The notes under the pieces were generated by a model. That model was not told where the DNA came from and searched no databases. It was given only the letters and a program-made list of their open reading frames with translations. 64,000 nucleotides of DNA from assembly GCA_028534125.1 (NCBI GenBank), contig CM052822.1, forward strand, positions 78,182,001 to 78,246,000. Reading direction: 5' to 3'. Of this stretch, positions 1-12,300 are shown one piece after another (positions within the stretch are counted from its first letter, which is position 1; each line of letters begins with the position of its first letter). The position numbers and the translations under genes are program-made. The stretch comes from Lama glama (lineage: Eukaryota).

Positions 1-1759
1 GAGGGCGACTCTCAGCGCCCCCTCCCAGGGTCTTCATCTCCTCTTCTCGGACACGCTTTAGTCGTTCTGCTGTGGGACCACCCTGGGGATGTAAGACGGC
101 CCCAGAGAGAGCCCCGGGCGCAGGGACCTGACGTGCAGGCCGTGGGAGCAGCTGCTGCTCCCCGATCCAGGGGCCCCAAACCGTCTGCTGAATTCCTGCA
201 ACAAGGTGGCCGTTCCCCCCTCGCTGGGGCTCACTAACTAGCCCCACACCCTCTCCTGACGCGTCGCGGAGCCAGGGCCGTGCAGGCCCGTCCCACACAG
301 GGGCCACAGCCCCGGGAGACCGTGCCCAGGCTCGCCCAGGGAAACAGACTCTGCAGAGTCGGGGGCAGCGCTACCAGCTTGTGTTCCCTGGGCCTGAAAT
401 TCTACTCCACACGCCCGGCCCGAACTTCCTAAATGCTCATGATGCGAATAAAACCACAGTAAGTCCAGTTCCTGAGCTGACCATTATCTGGACCCGGGAC
501 AGACTCTCCACAAAACTGTAAAGGGAATTTCGGCTCCCCCGGGCCGTCCTTTCTGGGCCCCCAGCACCCCCAAGGCCAGGCCTGGCCTCACTCCACCACC
601 GCTTCCGTTCAGCAGTCTGGCCCCAGGCGTCTAAAATTTGGAAGAACCTTTAAGAGCCTCAGGAGTGAAAGGTGAGGGGTGAGCACTGGGAAGCACACAA
701 AGGGTAGGTGGCAGAGCCCCTCTGGAGGGGGTCCCCTCACTGTGGTGACGACCCTGTCCCACCCCAACACCCGCGTGGCCCAGGTCCCTCCCTCGGGTCC
801 CACAGCCACTGCTCACCGGCTCGGAGGCCAGCGCAGGGTGCAGAGGACAGTGCCGGGTGGTGGGGGCCTCGCTCCCAGTCGTGCACACTGCGGCCCGGGC
901 GGGGACGTGACCTTGTCGCACCCTCTCTCCCACCTGTTTCCCAAAACAGGAGCCCCCACTATGTGCCAAGTGTGTGCGCTCTGCCCAGGGATGGTGGTGT
1001 CCTCCTGGACTCAGCCCTCCCAGCTGGAGGGGAGGTGACCAGTGGCCAGTCATGGAAAACTGTGACCTGGTCCTCGTCCCGGAGCACAGCTCGCTGGCCG
1101 GACGGAGTGGGCCTGGTGGTCTGCGGGCTGCTCTTCCCATGGCCCGGGACTCAGAGCCGCGGCCAGCACCCGCACCCGGCCTGCCACACCGGCTCTGCCT
1201 GCAGAGCAGCCTGCTCAGGGCTTCATGCGCTTGTTGGTTGGTTTCTCCTTCATTAAGAATTAACTTTTCACTTGGACGGCGCTGTGGCTGGTGGCAAGCT
1301 CTCCCTCCTCCCTCGTGGAGTCTCAAAGGGCAGGAGGGAAAGGCACCACTCAGAGGACCAGATTTGTGTGGGGCGGGGGGGCCCACCGTCTCCACTTCAC
1401 AGCTGGGGAAGGAGCCGGCCTCGGGCAGACGTCCTCGTGGCCGTGCAGGTCTCCCTGGGGAGGGGAGGCGGCCCACAGCGGTTGGGAGGCCGTGATGAGG
1501 GTCCGCGGTGGGCCCTCCTCACCCCCTCTGCCCTGGCATCCCCCACCCCAGCTGCGCTGGCGGAGCTGACCACTCCTGGGGCAATCTGGCTCCTGCCAGC
1601 ACCCTCGCCCTCAGGGACACCAGAGAACCAGTGTCCCAGCTGACCTGCCACCTCGTCCCGTGTCCCTTCCTGCTCAGATGGTCCCCACAGACCAGGGGCT
1701 GCTGACTGGTCCTCAGACAGCCCCGGCCTCAGTCACAGCCATGAGACGAAGCAGCGAGG

Positions 1760-2462
1760 ACAGGAGAGGCTGCACGCACGCCGCCAGAGAGCCGTGATCA
1801 CACACACACACACACACAAAGTGGCAAGCGTCGGTGAGGCTGTGGACAAATTGGAGCCCCTGTGCAGTGCCGGTGGGAACGTAAACCGGTACAGCTTCTG
1901 CGGAGGACAGATAACGGTTTCTGAAAACTTAAAAGCAGAACCTCCAGTTGACCCAGCAAGCCCCCCTGTAGGTGTTCATCCGGAAGAACTGAAAGCAGGG
2001 ACTCAGAGATCTGGGCACAGCCATGTTCCAGCACGTGGCTCACAGCAGCTGGGAGGTGGAAGCCACGCAAATGTCCACTGATGGCTAAACTACGTGCGGT
2101 CCATCCTCACAGTGGAATATTACTCAGCGTCGAAAAGGAAGGAAGTTCTGACACCTGCTGCAGCCTGGGGAGCAGGAGGACTTGTGCTTGGTGTAGCAGC
2201 CAGTCCCGGAAGGATGGCTCCCATGCGAGCCACCCTTTGAGGGCCCTCAAGGAGGACAGTTCGCAGACCCAGGGAGCAGGTGGGGGGCGGGATGGGGGGG
2301 TCTGGGACTCAGGTGTGATGGTGGCAGAGCTACAACTTGGGAAGATGAGAAAGTCCTGGAGCTGGGGGGGAGGCCGCACAGCCGTGTGAATGCACTAACA
2401 CCACCAGACTGGGCTTAAATAGTTAAAACGGTAATTTGTGTGTTACGTCTTTCACACAAGAG
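1760..2462 (+). mobile_element. L1 (L1MB-like) fragment: ORF2 C-terminus plus 3' UTR
   Basis: The translation LKAEPPVDPASPPVGVHPEELKAG resembles L1 ORF2 LKIELPYDPAIPLLGIYPKELK. It is followed by tggaatattactcagc..aaaaggaaggaa and a typical L1MB 3' end (gaagatgagaaagtcctggag...gtgtgaatgcactaac...cttaaatagttaaaacggtaatttgtgtgttacg). Confidence 0.85.
1799..1818 (+). repeat. (CA)n microsatellite
   Basis: About 10 CA units, seen directly. Confidence 0.95.
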
Positions 2463-3269
2463 AAGAGGGAGGGGAGACACGTGGCTGACGGGTGGAGAAG
2501 GCGGAGAGGCCGGTGTCTGTGGTTTAGGGCCTCCCCTCCCGAGTACAGTGCCCAGGGCTCCCGGGTCCCACCTGCCTCCACTCCCTCCCTGCACACGGTG
2601 CCTCAGTGATATGCAGCGGGTCCTCCCCCAGCCGTGTCTGCACCCGCCGTGCTCACCACAATCTAACAGGACGTGGGGGCCATTCCCACACCCCGCAAGT
2701 GAGGCGTCAGGGGATCACCTCTGCAGTCCTTGTGCCTCTCCCCGCCTGTCACCCCCGCCCCAGCCAGAGCCCAGTTGAGGGAATGGGACCCACCATCCCT
2801 GGAACCATGGCCATGGGCGTCCTCTCAGGGCCCAGAACACCCAGGAGTGGGCCCAGGGCATTGGCTCAGTCCAGCTCCACGGTCCGCCTGTGCCCCAAAA
2901 CTGTAGGCTGAGGGTGGTCCTCTCCAATCTCGCACCAGGAAGCTGCACCCGGAAGCAGGCTGGTCTTGGAGCCCTGCCCCTCTTCCTGCTCCACCTCCTG
3001 GAGAACTCAGGCTGCCCTTGCCTACCTGCTCGCAGGACAGGGTCTGACAGCCCCGTTCTCCTGACAGGGTGGACACAAGCCCCGGGGCTCCCTCAGCCAT
3101 GGGTAGGAGAAAGTGGGCTGTTCTGAATGAAGGGTGGTTGTGCGGAGATGGCCAGCGTTCTTCCGGCCTCGGAAAGCCCACACCGGGATCCTGTCTGTGG
3201 TGGGTCTGTGGTCCAGACCCCCTGGCAGCGTCCCAGAGAGGCAGCCCCACTGGGCACTGACCAGTCAGC

Positions 3270-3335
3270 CTCTGTATCCATCCATCCACCCACCCATCCA
3301 GTCAGTCAACAAACATCTTGCCGCAGGTACGACCA
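3270..3335 (-). mobile_element. L2 3' end fragment
   Basis: catccatccacccacccatccagtcagtcaacaaacatctt resembles the reverse complement of the L2 tail (cattcattcaacaaacattt). Confidence 0.55.
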
Positions 3336-3384
3336 TGGAGCAAAACCCGAGCTGTGTGGGAGCTTCTACTCCGGGGGACCTGCT

Positions 3385-3535
3385 GTCACGTAGCGTGCGT
3401 GCTGGTCCCAGGCTCTGTCCCAGGGGCTCACATGGGACTTGGGACCCTTACCCCAACCCTGTGCCAGGGGCCCTGTTCTCACCCCATTTCATGGAGGAAA
3501 GGCTTAGGCACCGGGAGGTGAAGTGGCTGGCTCTC
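3385..3535 (-). mobile_element. MIR SINE fragment
   Basis: ccccatttcatggaggaaaggcttaggcaccgggaggtgaagtggctggc matches the MIR core ccccattttacagatgaggaaactgaggcacagagaggttaagtaacttgc. Confidence 0.75.
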
Positions 3536-3844
3536 CTGGGTGCTGGGAGCTGAGTGATTCGCAGGAGTTTTGCTGCTGACCTTCAAATGCCCCCGAACCC
3601 CTCCCAGCTTTCCTGGCCTCTCCACCAAGGGCCATGCCCTGCCGCGAACGTGACACAGGAGTCAGTCCTGTGGTTCCTCCTCGCCCCGCACACCCGCTCG
3701 GGGGGTTCCTGGCTGGAGCCCCCACAGTGCACGCAGCCCCTCCGGCTCCAGGGGAGGCAGCCGTCCCTCCCACGCACCGGCCTCCTCGGAATAGCCACCT
3801 TCCGCCTTAGTGACACACCCTGAGCTTCACACCTTCTCTGATCA

Positions 3845-3970
3845 CTCCTGCACGTAAACGGTGAGAAACCCTTACCACAGCCCCTGACGTGGGAATTATT
3901 AACGCTCTCGTTTACGTGTAAAGAAACCCAGTTCTAAGCAGTGAGGACCATCGGGGGCTGATCCAGTGAT
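3845..3970 (-). mobile_element. MIR SINE fragment (degenerate)
   Basis: cccttaccacagcccctgacgtgggaattattaacgctctcgtttacgtgtaaagaaac is a degenerate MIR core. Confidence 0.5.
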
Positions 3971-5379
3971 GGAGCCAGGCCGGCCCGGTTCTTCAGATGC
4001 AGGCTTTGTTCTGTACATGTTCTGTTTCAGGCTCTGGGCCTGAGATGCAGTCCTGGTGTTGCTGATTCTTGCACATTCAGAAACACGGCTGGGAGGGGAC
4101 CAGTGGTCTGCACGGTGCTCAGACCAGAGCAGCGTGGCCCTGTGGGAAGCAGCCACCTGGAGCACGTGTCCAGGCCATCAGTGGTTTTTAAGGTGGAAAG
4201 GCAGCTAGGACCTAACAAGGGGCTCAGCAGGGGCGTCCAGGACCCCCCGATGCCGTGATGGAAACGTGCCCCCCACAGCTCCTGCCGCTGCAGGTGCACA
4301 GGGAAGGAGGCGCTGCCACCAGCCCGGACCAGCTCCCCTCCCAGAACACGCCTCAAACCAAACGCTAGAAGAGCGGACACCGCCCGGAGGTCCAACCACT
4401 AACACCTTTATTCAGCAAAACCACCACCACGCATTTCGTGAACGAGACACACCTCTGTTGGTGCATCTCGATGAGCTCCCTCCACTGCTGGAAACTCGAG
4501 TCCAGACCACAGGAGATGCACAGAGAACGTCCAGCGAGTCCATGCTGCGTGGGTGACGGCACGCTCCTCTGAGCGGCTCACTCACAGCCCTTGTGCTCAG
4601 CACGTCCCTGTGCGGAGTGCGCGCTGTCTCTCTGGCTCTTCTCGGGGGCAGGAAGCGGCCCCACCGCCCCCCTGATGCCAGCGTGTGCCCTCGGACATGC
4701 AGGGCTCATCTTCACGAGGTGACGGGATGCGGACAAGCAGAGCGCAGCCAGGGGGTGACCCCCCGCCCCACCCCAGCCAGCCTGGCCCCGGCCCGGCCCA
4801 AGTGTCTCGGCCAGGAGAGAAAAGCAGTTCTAAAAATAAAATAAAAACCTCACCCCTCAGGAAAAATAATTTGAAAATAATACTGAGTTCCTTAAAAATT
4901 TTAAAAAGCGCTGTATCTTGATCTCACGCACTCTGCTGAAGGGAGCAGCTTTCGCTTTACTTGCAGGCTCTTTTCTTTCCTCGACAATGAGAAGTGATCA
5001 GGGACGCTTCTGGCACCCGGAGTCCAGGGCCACCTACGGAGGCTCGGAGAGCGGAGCGGAGGCTCCCTGGGAGGAGCTGCTGGCCCGCCGGCTCTGGTCG
5101 GAGTGGCCCGGCCCCGGGCCCCACCTGTCACCACACAGTGGCTGTCACACTGCGTGTGCCCGTCACACACGCAGTGGCCGTGATGCCGGCCTGACCTCGC
5201 ACGGTCGTCCTCACCGAGCCCGGCGAGCGGGGACACGCTGGCCCGCCCCGCCGTCGTCATGGCAACGGCCGGCAGCGCGCCTGCCCAGTGTCCATGCGAG
5301 ACGGGAGGCTGAATGCCCTCATTATTCCGCCTCCCGCCCGCCCGGCCCGTGCCAAGGGGGAGCCGCCGTGCACAGGCCG

Positions 5380-5495
5380 GTGATTTATCCCCCGTGATGG
5401 CCCCTGACAGCCTGGCATGGTGTCCGGGCTGACGGCTGGTCTGATTTCACAGTTTAATTACTGCTAATCTGAAGGGGGCAGCGCTAATGAGCCGC
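5380..5495. promoter_or_regulatory. Candidate enhancer with PBX-HOX, MEIS and homeodomain motifs
   Basis: TGATTTAT 5381-5388, TGACAG 5405-5410, TAATTA 5455-5460, TAATCT 5465-5470 and TAATGA 5485-5490 in a GC-rich background. Confidence 0.45.
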
Positions 5496-5989
5496 CAGCG
5501 GCCCCGACCACCACGCTGCTCACCCCGCTGGCTCCCAGAGCCTCCGGCCCACACCCGCCGCCGAACTTGGCCCTGCTCCGAGGGACAGGGCGCTGCAGGG
5601 CCCCAGGTGTGACACGATGACTCAGCAAAGGTGCAGACCCGGAGGCTGGAACCACGCGCATTCAAGCACGAGTCCCAGCACCACACGGAGCGAACGCAGA
5701 TGGGCAGACGTCTGGGGGTCTCGTTCCCACCAGCCCCGCCAGGCCGATGGACCCTGGCCCTCCCTGTGGACGTGGGCACAGGAGCCCTGCGGTTTCAGCC
5801 CCGCCCTGAGTTCCCTGGGTCCTGCGCAGCCACCTCCACGCTTGTATCTTCCCTTGGATTCTGAACAGCAGAACAAACTCCTCCCGCCTGTGGGGCCTCC
5901 TGCAGGGTCCCCTGACTGCCCGCCCCCCACGCCCCCTCCCCAGGCCTGCCACCCCAAGCCAGCCCACTCGGCTCCCGCGCAGACCCCCG

Positions 5990-6395
5990 ACTGGCCTCGC
6001 TCCCTCCACTCTGCCATCTGCCCCTCCCCAATGTGTTCTTCCCATGACCACGGCCAGCTGGCCAGTCTGAAAACTCGTACCAGACGGTGTTCTCTCTCCC
6101 TCCAGCTAAACTCTCCGTGGTTTAGGAGTCCCCAGCTCAGCTGCGAAGTCCACTCTGACCTGTGAGGATCGCGCAGCTCCCTCCCCGCCACGTCTGGCAT
6201 GTCCTTCCTCCTCCAGGACACCGTCCTGTGCCCGTCCACCTAGGCCTTGTTCTTCCAGTCCCGGTCTGGCCCAGGGGAGCGCACCGAGTCCCACAGTGCA
6301 GACCATCCCTCCCACGGACGCTAAGCTGGGACTGGGCCGTGGTCACCAGGGCCTGGTGTGGAGGCGCATGCAGTAATCACTTGCTGACTGAACAG
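5990..6395 (+). mobile_element. L2 fragment including 3' end
   Basis: Ends cagggcctggtgtggaggcgcatgcagtaatcacttgctgactgaa (L2 tail: gtgcctggcacatagtaggcgctcaataaatatttgttgaatgaa). The upstream cacggccagctggccagtctgaaaactcgtaccagac resembles internal L2 sequence. Confidence 0.55.
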
Positions 6396-9300
6396 ACACA
6401 GAACGCCCTTCACGCCGCATCGTGTAATGCCCGTGTAAGGAAATGTTAAAGGTGAAACGTGCATCTGATTCTCCAAACTCCTCATACGGTGAAAGCCAGC
6501 ATTTTTACATGTTTATGGAGTTGTCTGTTTGTGCACTATAGTTTATTTATCTTTTTTTCCTAGAAAAGACAAGAATGCATACAATAAAATGGAAAAATAG
6601 GTAAATAAAAATATCAGGTCCAGGGAAAATATTGATAAATATGAGAAAGAAAAAAATCCCAGTGGGAGATTGTGCTGCAGACCTACTGCTGAGACTGGGC
6701 TGTGACTCCGATCCCGAGCTTCCATGAGGGCAGGAGGAAACCAGTCGCTGACTCACAGCGACTGCGATGACAACGCGCATCAAGCAGACGCGCATCCCCG
6801 GGGAGTGTCAGCGGCGGCGGCCCCGTAACAGGCGGGCGGGTGGGTTCTGCAGGGTGTTTGTGCAAGGTCCCTCCAAAAAAGGCAAGGAGGGGAGAACACC
6901 CCATGCTGTGGGGAGAGGCTCCCGAGCCGTGCGTCCCGCCGGGGGCTCCACGTCTGGCCACTGCGGATCTTTCACGACAAAGCCGTCTGCAGACACGAAC
7001 GGTTACGCTTCCTTTTGGGGAAAAAAGGCTTTTCATTGCTTTCGCCCCACAATGTGTAATTTAGATATGAGATGCTGGCGCCCTTGATTCTGTTTGCTTA
7101 GTCCAGTAACTTAGTTTCAGAAATGTACTGGAATGGAGCTCAGCTTCAGAGCAGAGATTACAGAGACAGGACACGACTGGCTCAAGCGCGTCAGCCACAG
7201 GACGCACAACGTCCTTACCGCACGCCGCTGCTGCCTAGTGGTGGGCTCTTCACGGTGGCCTGGAGAGAAGCCACATTTTCAGTTAAGCATTCTCTGTGTG
7301 GAAGGTCTAAGCGACTCCCCGTCTTTCTGCTGGACTGTGAGTTTCCTGTATCCAGGGGATGTGCAAATTGGGGTGCAGGAGGCTCGCTGACTTTCATTCC
7401 CTCCCTTCCAGACGCTGGCTCCGGGCAGAGCAGACCCAAGAGAGACAGAGAGAGAGTTCTGGAAGTTCCTCCGCTGACACGCTGCCCCGTGCGACTCCAT
7501 CCACCGCCCTTCTAAGGCTGGAGGTGCCGGGCCAGGGTCTGGACGCTCCTACCAGGGCTCCTCCCGTGGCCCCAGATGGAGGTTTTGCAGTCACTGGGGC
7601 GCGTTTCCAACGCTGCACGAGGATCGTCGCTCTGGGGGATCACGTGGGGCGGGAGGACTTTTTTTGGGGTCGGGGTAGGTCAGGCCAGTGTGAGGGGCAT
7701 GACACGACCTGCAGGAGATCCTCCCCAGAGCTAGCCTCTGAGGGCCCTGCCTGGGGCCTCCTGCCCACCAGCGTGGGCCCCACACCCACCTCCTGCCCAC
7801 AGGGAGCGAGTGAGATGCGGAGTCTGGGCCCAGGAGAGGCGGGGTTTGCAGAGATCTTTGGCATCTGTGAGGCCAGGGGCCGAGCACCGAGGACAGGGGA
7901 GGGTCCCAGGACTGACCCTGGTGGGCGGGGGGGGGTGGTTCTGGGAGCTGGGGATGGGCTGGGGGAGGAAGGGCCCTAACAGGCTTCTTAAACTCCACAT
8001 ACCCATGTCCTCTAGGCACGTGTCCCTCCCCACTTCCTGACCACCCACTTCTTCTCTCTCTTGGTTAGGACTCAACACCATTCAAGCTGCTAGAATTTGG
8101 GGGAGAGTCACGTAAGTCAGGAAATCTGAGCTGAAAAAGGGGTTATGCTGAAGAAATTGGAAGGAACAGGAGCTTCCTCCAGACCTGTGGCTTGCTTTCT
8201 TTACGTCTCTGTAGCACCCTGCGCCTGCACCCAGGTTCTTTGCTGGCTGGATAGTAAGTGTTTTCTCTATTGGAATTCCACCGTTAGAAATGCATTCCTT
8301 TGGGTGTTCCTCTCCTATAACACAACATCCCTGAGAGATTGACACATTATGCCATTGAGCTTTTAGTCTATAACACAAATGACCCTTTGATATTCATTCA
8401 AACAGCATGCTCACAGAAGTCCCCACGGAAAAAGGCAGACAACAGTGGGGAGCCGGGGTGGGGAGGTTCAGAGCTCGGAGAACGCTGAGCCCCGCTTTTG
8501 CAGAGTCTGTCAACGATCGCGGCTCAGTCCTCGGGCTCTAAAGGACTTTAGAAATGGCCACACTGCGCTCAGTGATCTGGCTCTGCCGTGCACGGCCGCT
8601 GGATTCGCGTCCTCGTGTGGAATTCCCGTCTGACTGTGAGCAGCGGTGGGAGGAACATACAGGACACACAGGACACACAGGAGCGCTCTTCCTGCTGCCA
8701 CTCGGAACTGGGACGGGGACAGCCAGACTTGGAGGCAGCTCTCACCACCTTCGCACCCACAGCCAGAGCTCAGAGCTGAGCCCGTTCCCTCCTCCTCTTC
8801 CCGCTCTGGTGACTCCAAACCCCAGATTCTGACGCCTCCGCCTGTCCCTCCTCCTGCTCCTCCTCTCAGCGCCGACCCCACCGCCGCCGCACGGAACTCC
8901 TGCCCCATCGCCTCTCAGCAAAGCCCGGCCCTCCTCCCGACCCTCGGCGCCGCCCCGCCACTCCAACGACTTCCAACAGGAAAAGCCCCAAGCTCATCGC
9001 AGCTCAGGGGAGGCTTGTCCCTTGACTTCTCGTTGCGTCCTCACCACAGCTGTGCTGCTTCAGGGAAGAAGACCGTGTCGACGCGCACCCTAGACTACGC
9101 CTTCATCTGTGGCCGAGCAGGGAACGGCCTTCCTGTTGGCACAGAAACAACTAAACAGGTGTGAGTTACACTGAGAGCAATGAACAGCTTTAGGATCTGC
9201 GTTTCTAGCTTTAGAGAAAACCAGGTCCTCCAGGGCCTGAGACAGGCTGGGACGCCCGGCCCCGCGGGCGCGCCCGGAGTGAGGCCGTGGCCCTGCTGGA

Positions 9301-12300
9301 GTCTGCGGGGCTGCAGCCCATGTGGGGAGCGGGTGCAGGGGGCCTCCTGACCTGGCCCCCGACGGCAGAGGAGACGAGGGGACCCTGACGCCACCTCGGC
9401 TGCTGGGATTCGCACACAATGTCGGTTCAGTGTTGGCCAAGGAAGGGCACAAAAAACGCCTTTAAAAATCAGTTCGCTCTTTCTGATTAAAAAAGAAAAA
9501 CTGAAAAATACAGAAAAGCCTAATGCAAACAAATTATTTCTAAAGCTGTGGACACTTCTGCACACTTCTTTCTGTGTTTTTTCCTATTTTGACACCCCCC
9601 CAACAGACCACTTCCTCATCTGTGAACACAAACGAAGAGAGACCCTCTCCAGGCTGTTTGTGAAGGTTTTTAAGGTCACCTGGAAGTCCTGGCGCCACAG
9701 GCTGCTTCACGCACCTCTGTAAACGCTGGGCAGCTGGACTCTCCCTGCTGGTGGCCGGGGAGGGAGGACAGGACAGGACGAGGAGCCCTTCCGGCGCCCT
9801 CTGCGGGGTGAGGACCATCCCTGAGGTGTGTCTGTGTCTGGTCACTGCTGCGTGTAGTCAAGAGTCTTCGGCAGGACGGCTGCATGATGGGACACGCCAC
9901 GTCCCCCTGCGCCACCCTAGGGGCACCGCACGCTGGCAAGGTCCCCTTGACCTCTTGCTGGTTTGTCCACTGGAGCCCCCACGGGGGTTGGGGTCCCTCC
10001 TCCTTTTGTAGCAGGTGAGTACCTGATGGTGACCCTTGCAGGCTGTGAACGCACCTCCCAGCACCTTTCGCCAGTGGGGGCGGCTGGCAGCTGACCATCC
10101 TCACTGGCTGGGAGCACTCGAGCCCTCATTTGAAAGAGTTCTTTAAAGACGGAGGGGGAGCCGGAAGAGAGAAAATCGTTCAAGACGAAGGAGAGGTGTC
10201 TAATCTAACTTCATCTTTGAGGTGAAGCCGGGGCCCCGGGGAGCAGCGGGCGGGCAGGTGGCTTCTGGGAGGGTGACTCGGTGTTTGGAGACGATGCAGG
10301 TGGAGGGCCACATCCTCCTGCAGCGTCCACGGGACCGAGGCCCTGGTGGTCCCCCTTCCTGCTGTTTCCTCTTCCCTCCCCGCCTTTCTCCTTCCAGCGT
10401 GCTCTCCGCAGTCTCTCCCACACACAACATGCCTGGGGAGAGCATCGGCCTTCCCTCAACAGCAAACAGATCCACGAGTCCTTGTCGGGAACGGAAGCAT
10501 CACACACAGCGAGCTGGAAACACGAGGGTCAGGACCAGCCTTGGGGGGCAGCGTGGGACGTCCTCATGGGGCCCCCATCCCTCCGTGGGCTCCCCGGTGC
10601 CACAGGCGCGTCCTGCCCCAAACTGAGGAACCAGGGACAGCAAGCCCGTGTGCCTGGCGGGTCCTGTCTCCCGGGAGCACCAGCTGGTGACTCGCCCACG
10701 CGGACGCGCAGAAAACAGCATCTCGATGTGCGTTTGTCATCGTCATTGTGCGTCGACGGGCGTTGGGCCCCGTCCGCCCGTCTCTTCCTGGGACAGGACT
10801 GCTGAGCACAGAGGAAATGCGGCGTCACTCACCGACGGCCGGTGATCTCTGATGACCTGTTCACGTGCGACACCGCAAGTCAGATCACGGGAGGGTCACA
10901 CACGGAAACTTGCCCGCCGTCCTGCACCTTCCTCTTTAGCTTGGAATGCAGAGGAAACGCAGAATCAATTGCCTGGAAGCGGGCTCTTCTCAACCAGCAC
11001 CGAGGAGGGTGTTTCCGTCCGTGGTGTTGGTACAGGACTGACTTCTATGGTGTTAAAGTGCCTTTGGCCAAGCATACAGCACAGCTCAAACCGAGCGAGA
11101 GTGAAGTCAGCCCAGACAGGACTCACCAGGGGAATTCAAAGTCACAGAACAGGAGCTTGAAGAAAGCAGACGAATCCCTGCGGAGAGAACTGGAGTGGCC
11201 ATGTGAGACGCGTGACCTGACGGCCCCGGGAAGGCCGGGCGGGACGGCCGCAGAACGCCAGAACCACCCCGCCTGCCGGGCGCCACTGGGTCCGAACTCG
11301 CCCTGGGACGTGGGTGTCACTTCCCACCGGAAGGAAGCGGTAACTGCAAGCCAGCATCCCGGGAGCCGCAGTGAGGCCGCTGGACCACTCCCGCGGTCTG
11401 CCCGACCTGCTCCCGTCTCGCTCCAGGAACAGACCGAACCGCTCACGCAAAGCATCAGCGTAAAGCGACACCGTGTGCGAGCAGAGCGTTCCTTCTGCCT
11501 CGTTAGAGGTCCTCAGAGGGTCCCCCAGGGGGCCTTGGGCTCCTCAAGCAAATGCTGCTCGAGTGCAGAGCTTTTTTTTTTGTCGCCAGGATGCAAGCCT
11601 TGACTACAGCTGTGGGTCCAGCTTGACTGGCCTACACCTTGACTTTAGGACCAACGGGGCCCCTCCCTTCTCTCCACGGGCCGGGGGCGGGGAGGCCGAG
11701 CCTGTCCCATGAACCTGTTCAACAACTCGCACGGCGGAGGGGAAAGTGCCTGCTTCCAGCTCTGCCCTGGGGTCTCGGAAGGCCAGAGACGGACCCTCGA
11801 CTCTGGACAGGAAGGCTGGGGCTGGGGGCCGGCCAGGGGCACGCCCTGGTCTGCAGCCCCCCGAGCGGTCCCGGTGGGCAGTGTTTCCTGGGTCACAGCA
11901 GACGGAGACTGGGGCTTACCCGGCCCCCACCTGGGCGACCTGAGTCACGCCTGGGCTCCATCAGCCTGCGGCTCGCAGCCTGCGGACAGAATTCTCCGCG
12001 GTTGTTAAAAATGAACAAAGCATGTCTGTCCTCTTAGGCAAGACTCTCCAGAGTTATCAGTCAACAGCTTGAAATCGTCACTGTGACTCAGCCCCACAGA
12101 GAGGGGTCCACGGGGTGACGGGCAAGGCGCGTCTGTGACACTCTGTACCTCCCCCACCTGGTGCCCCAGCCGCACGGGGTTTGCAGTCTGGGAGCCGGGC
12201 CCCACGTCCGTCCGGCGGCACAGGGCAGAGCGCCTTCTGTGCTGGGAAAAGAGGGGAGAGGCGTGTGGCAGAGGGGGCCGGGTGGCGCTGGAGTCCGACT

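Noticed and set aside
10842-11603. 253-aa ORF with less biased composition
   Set aside because: GTG start, no recognisable homology and no convincing flanking splice signals.
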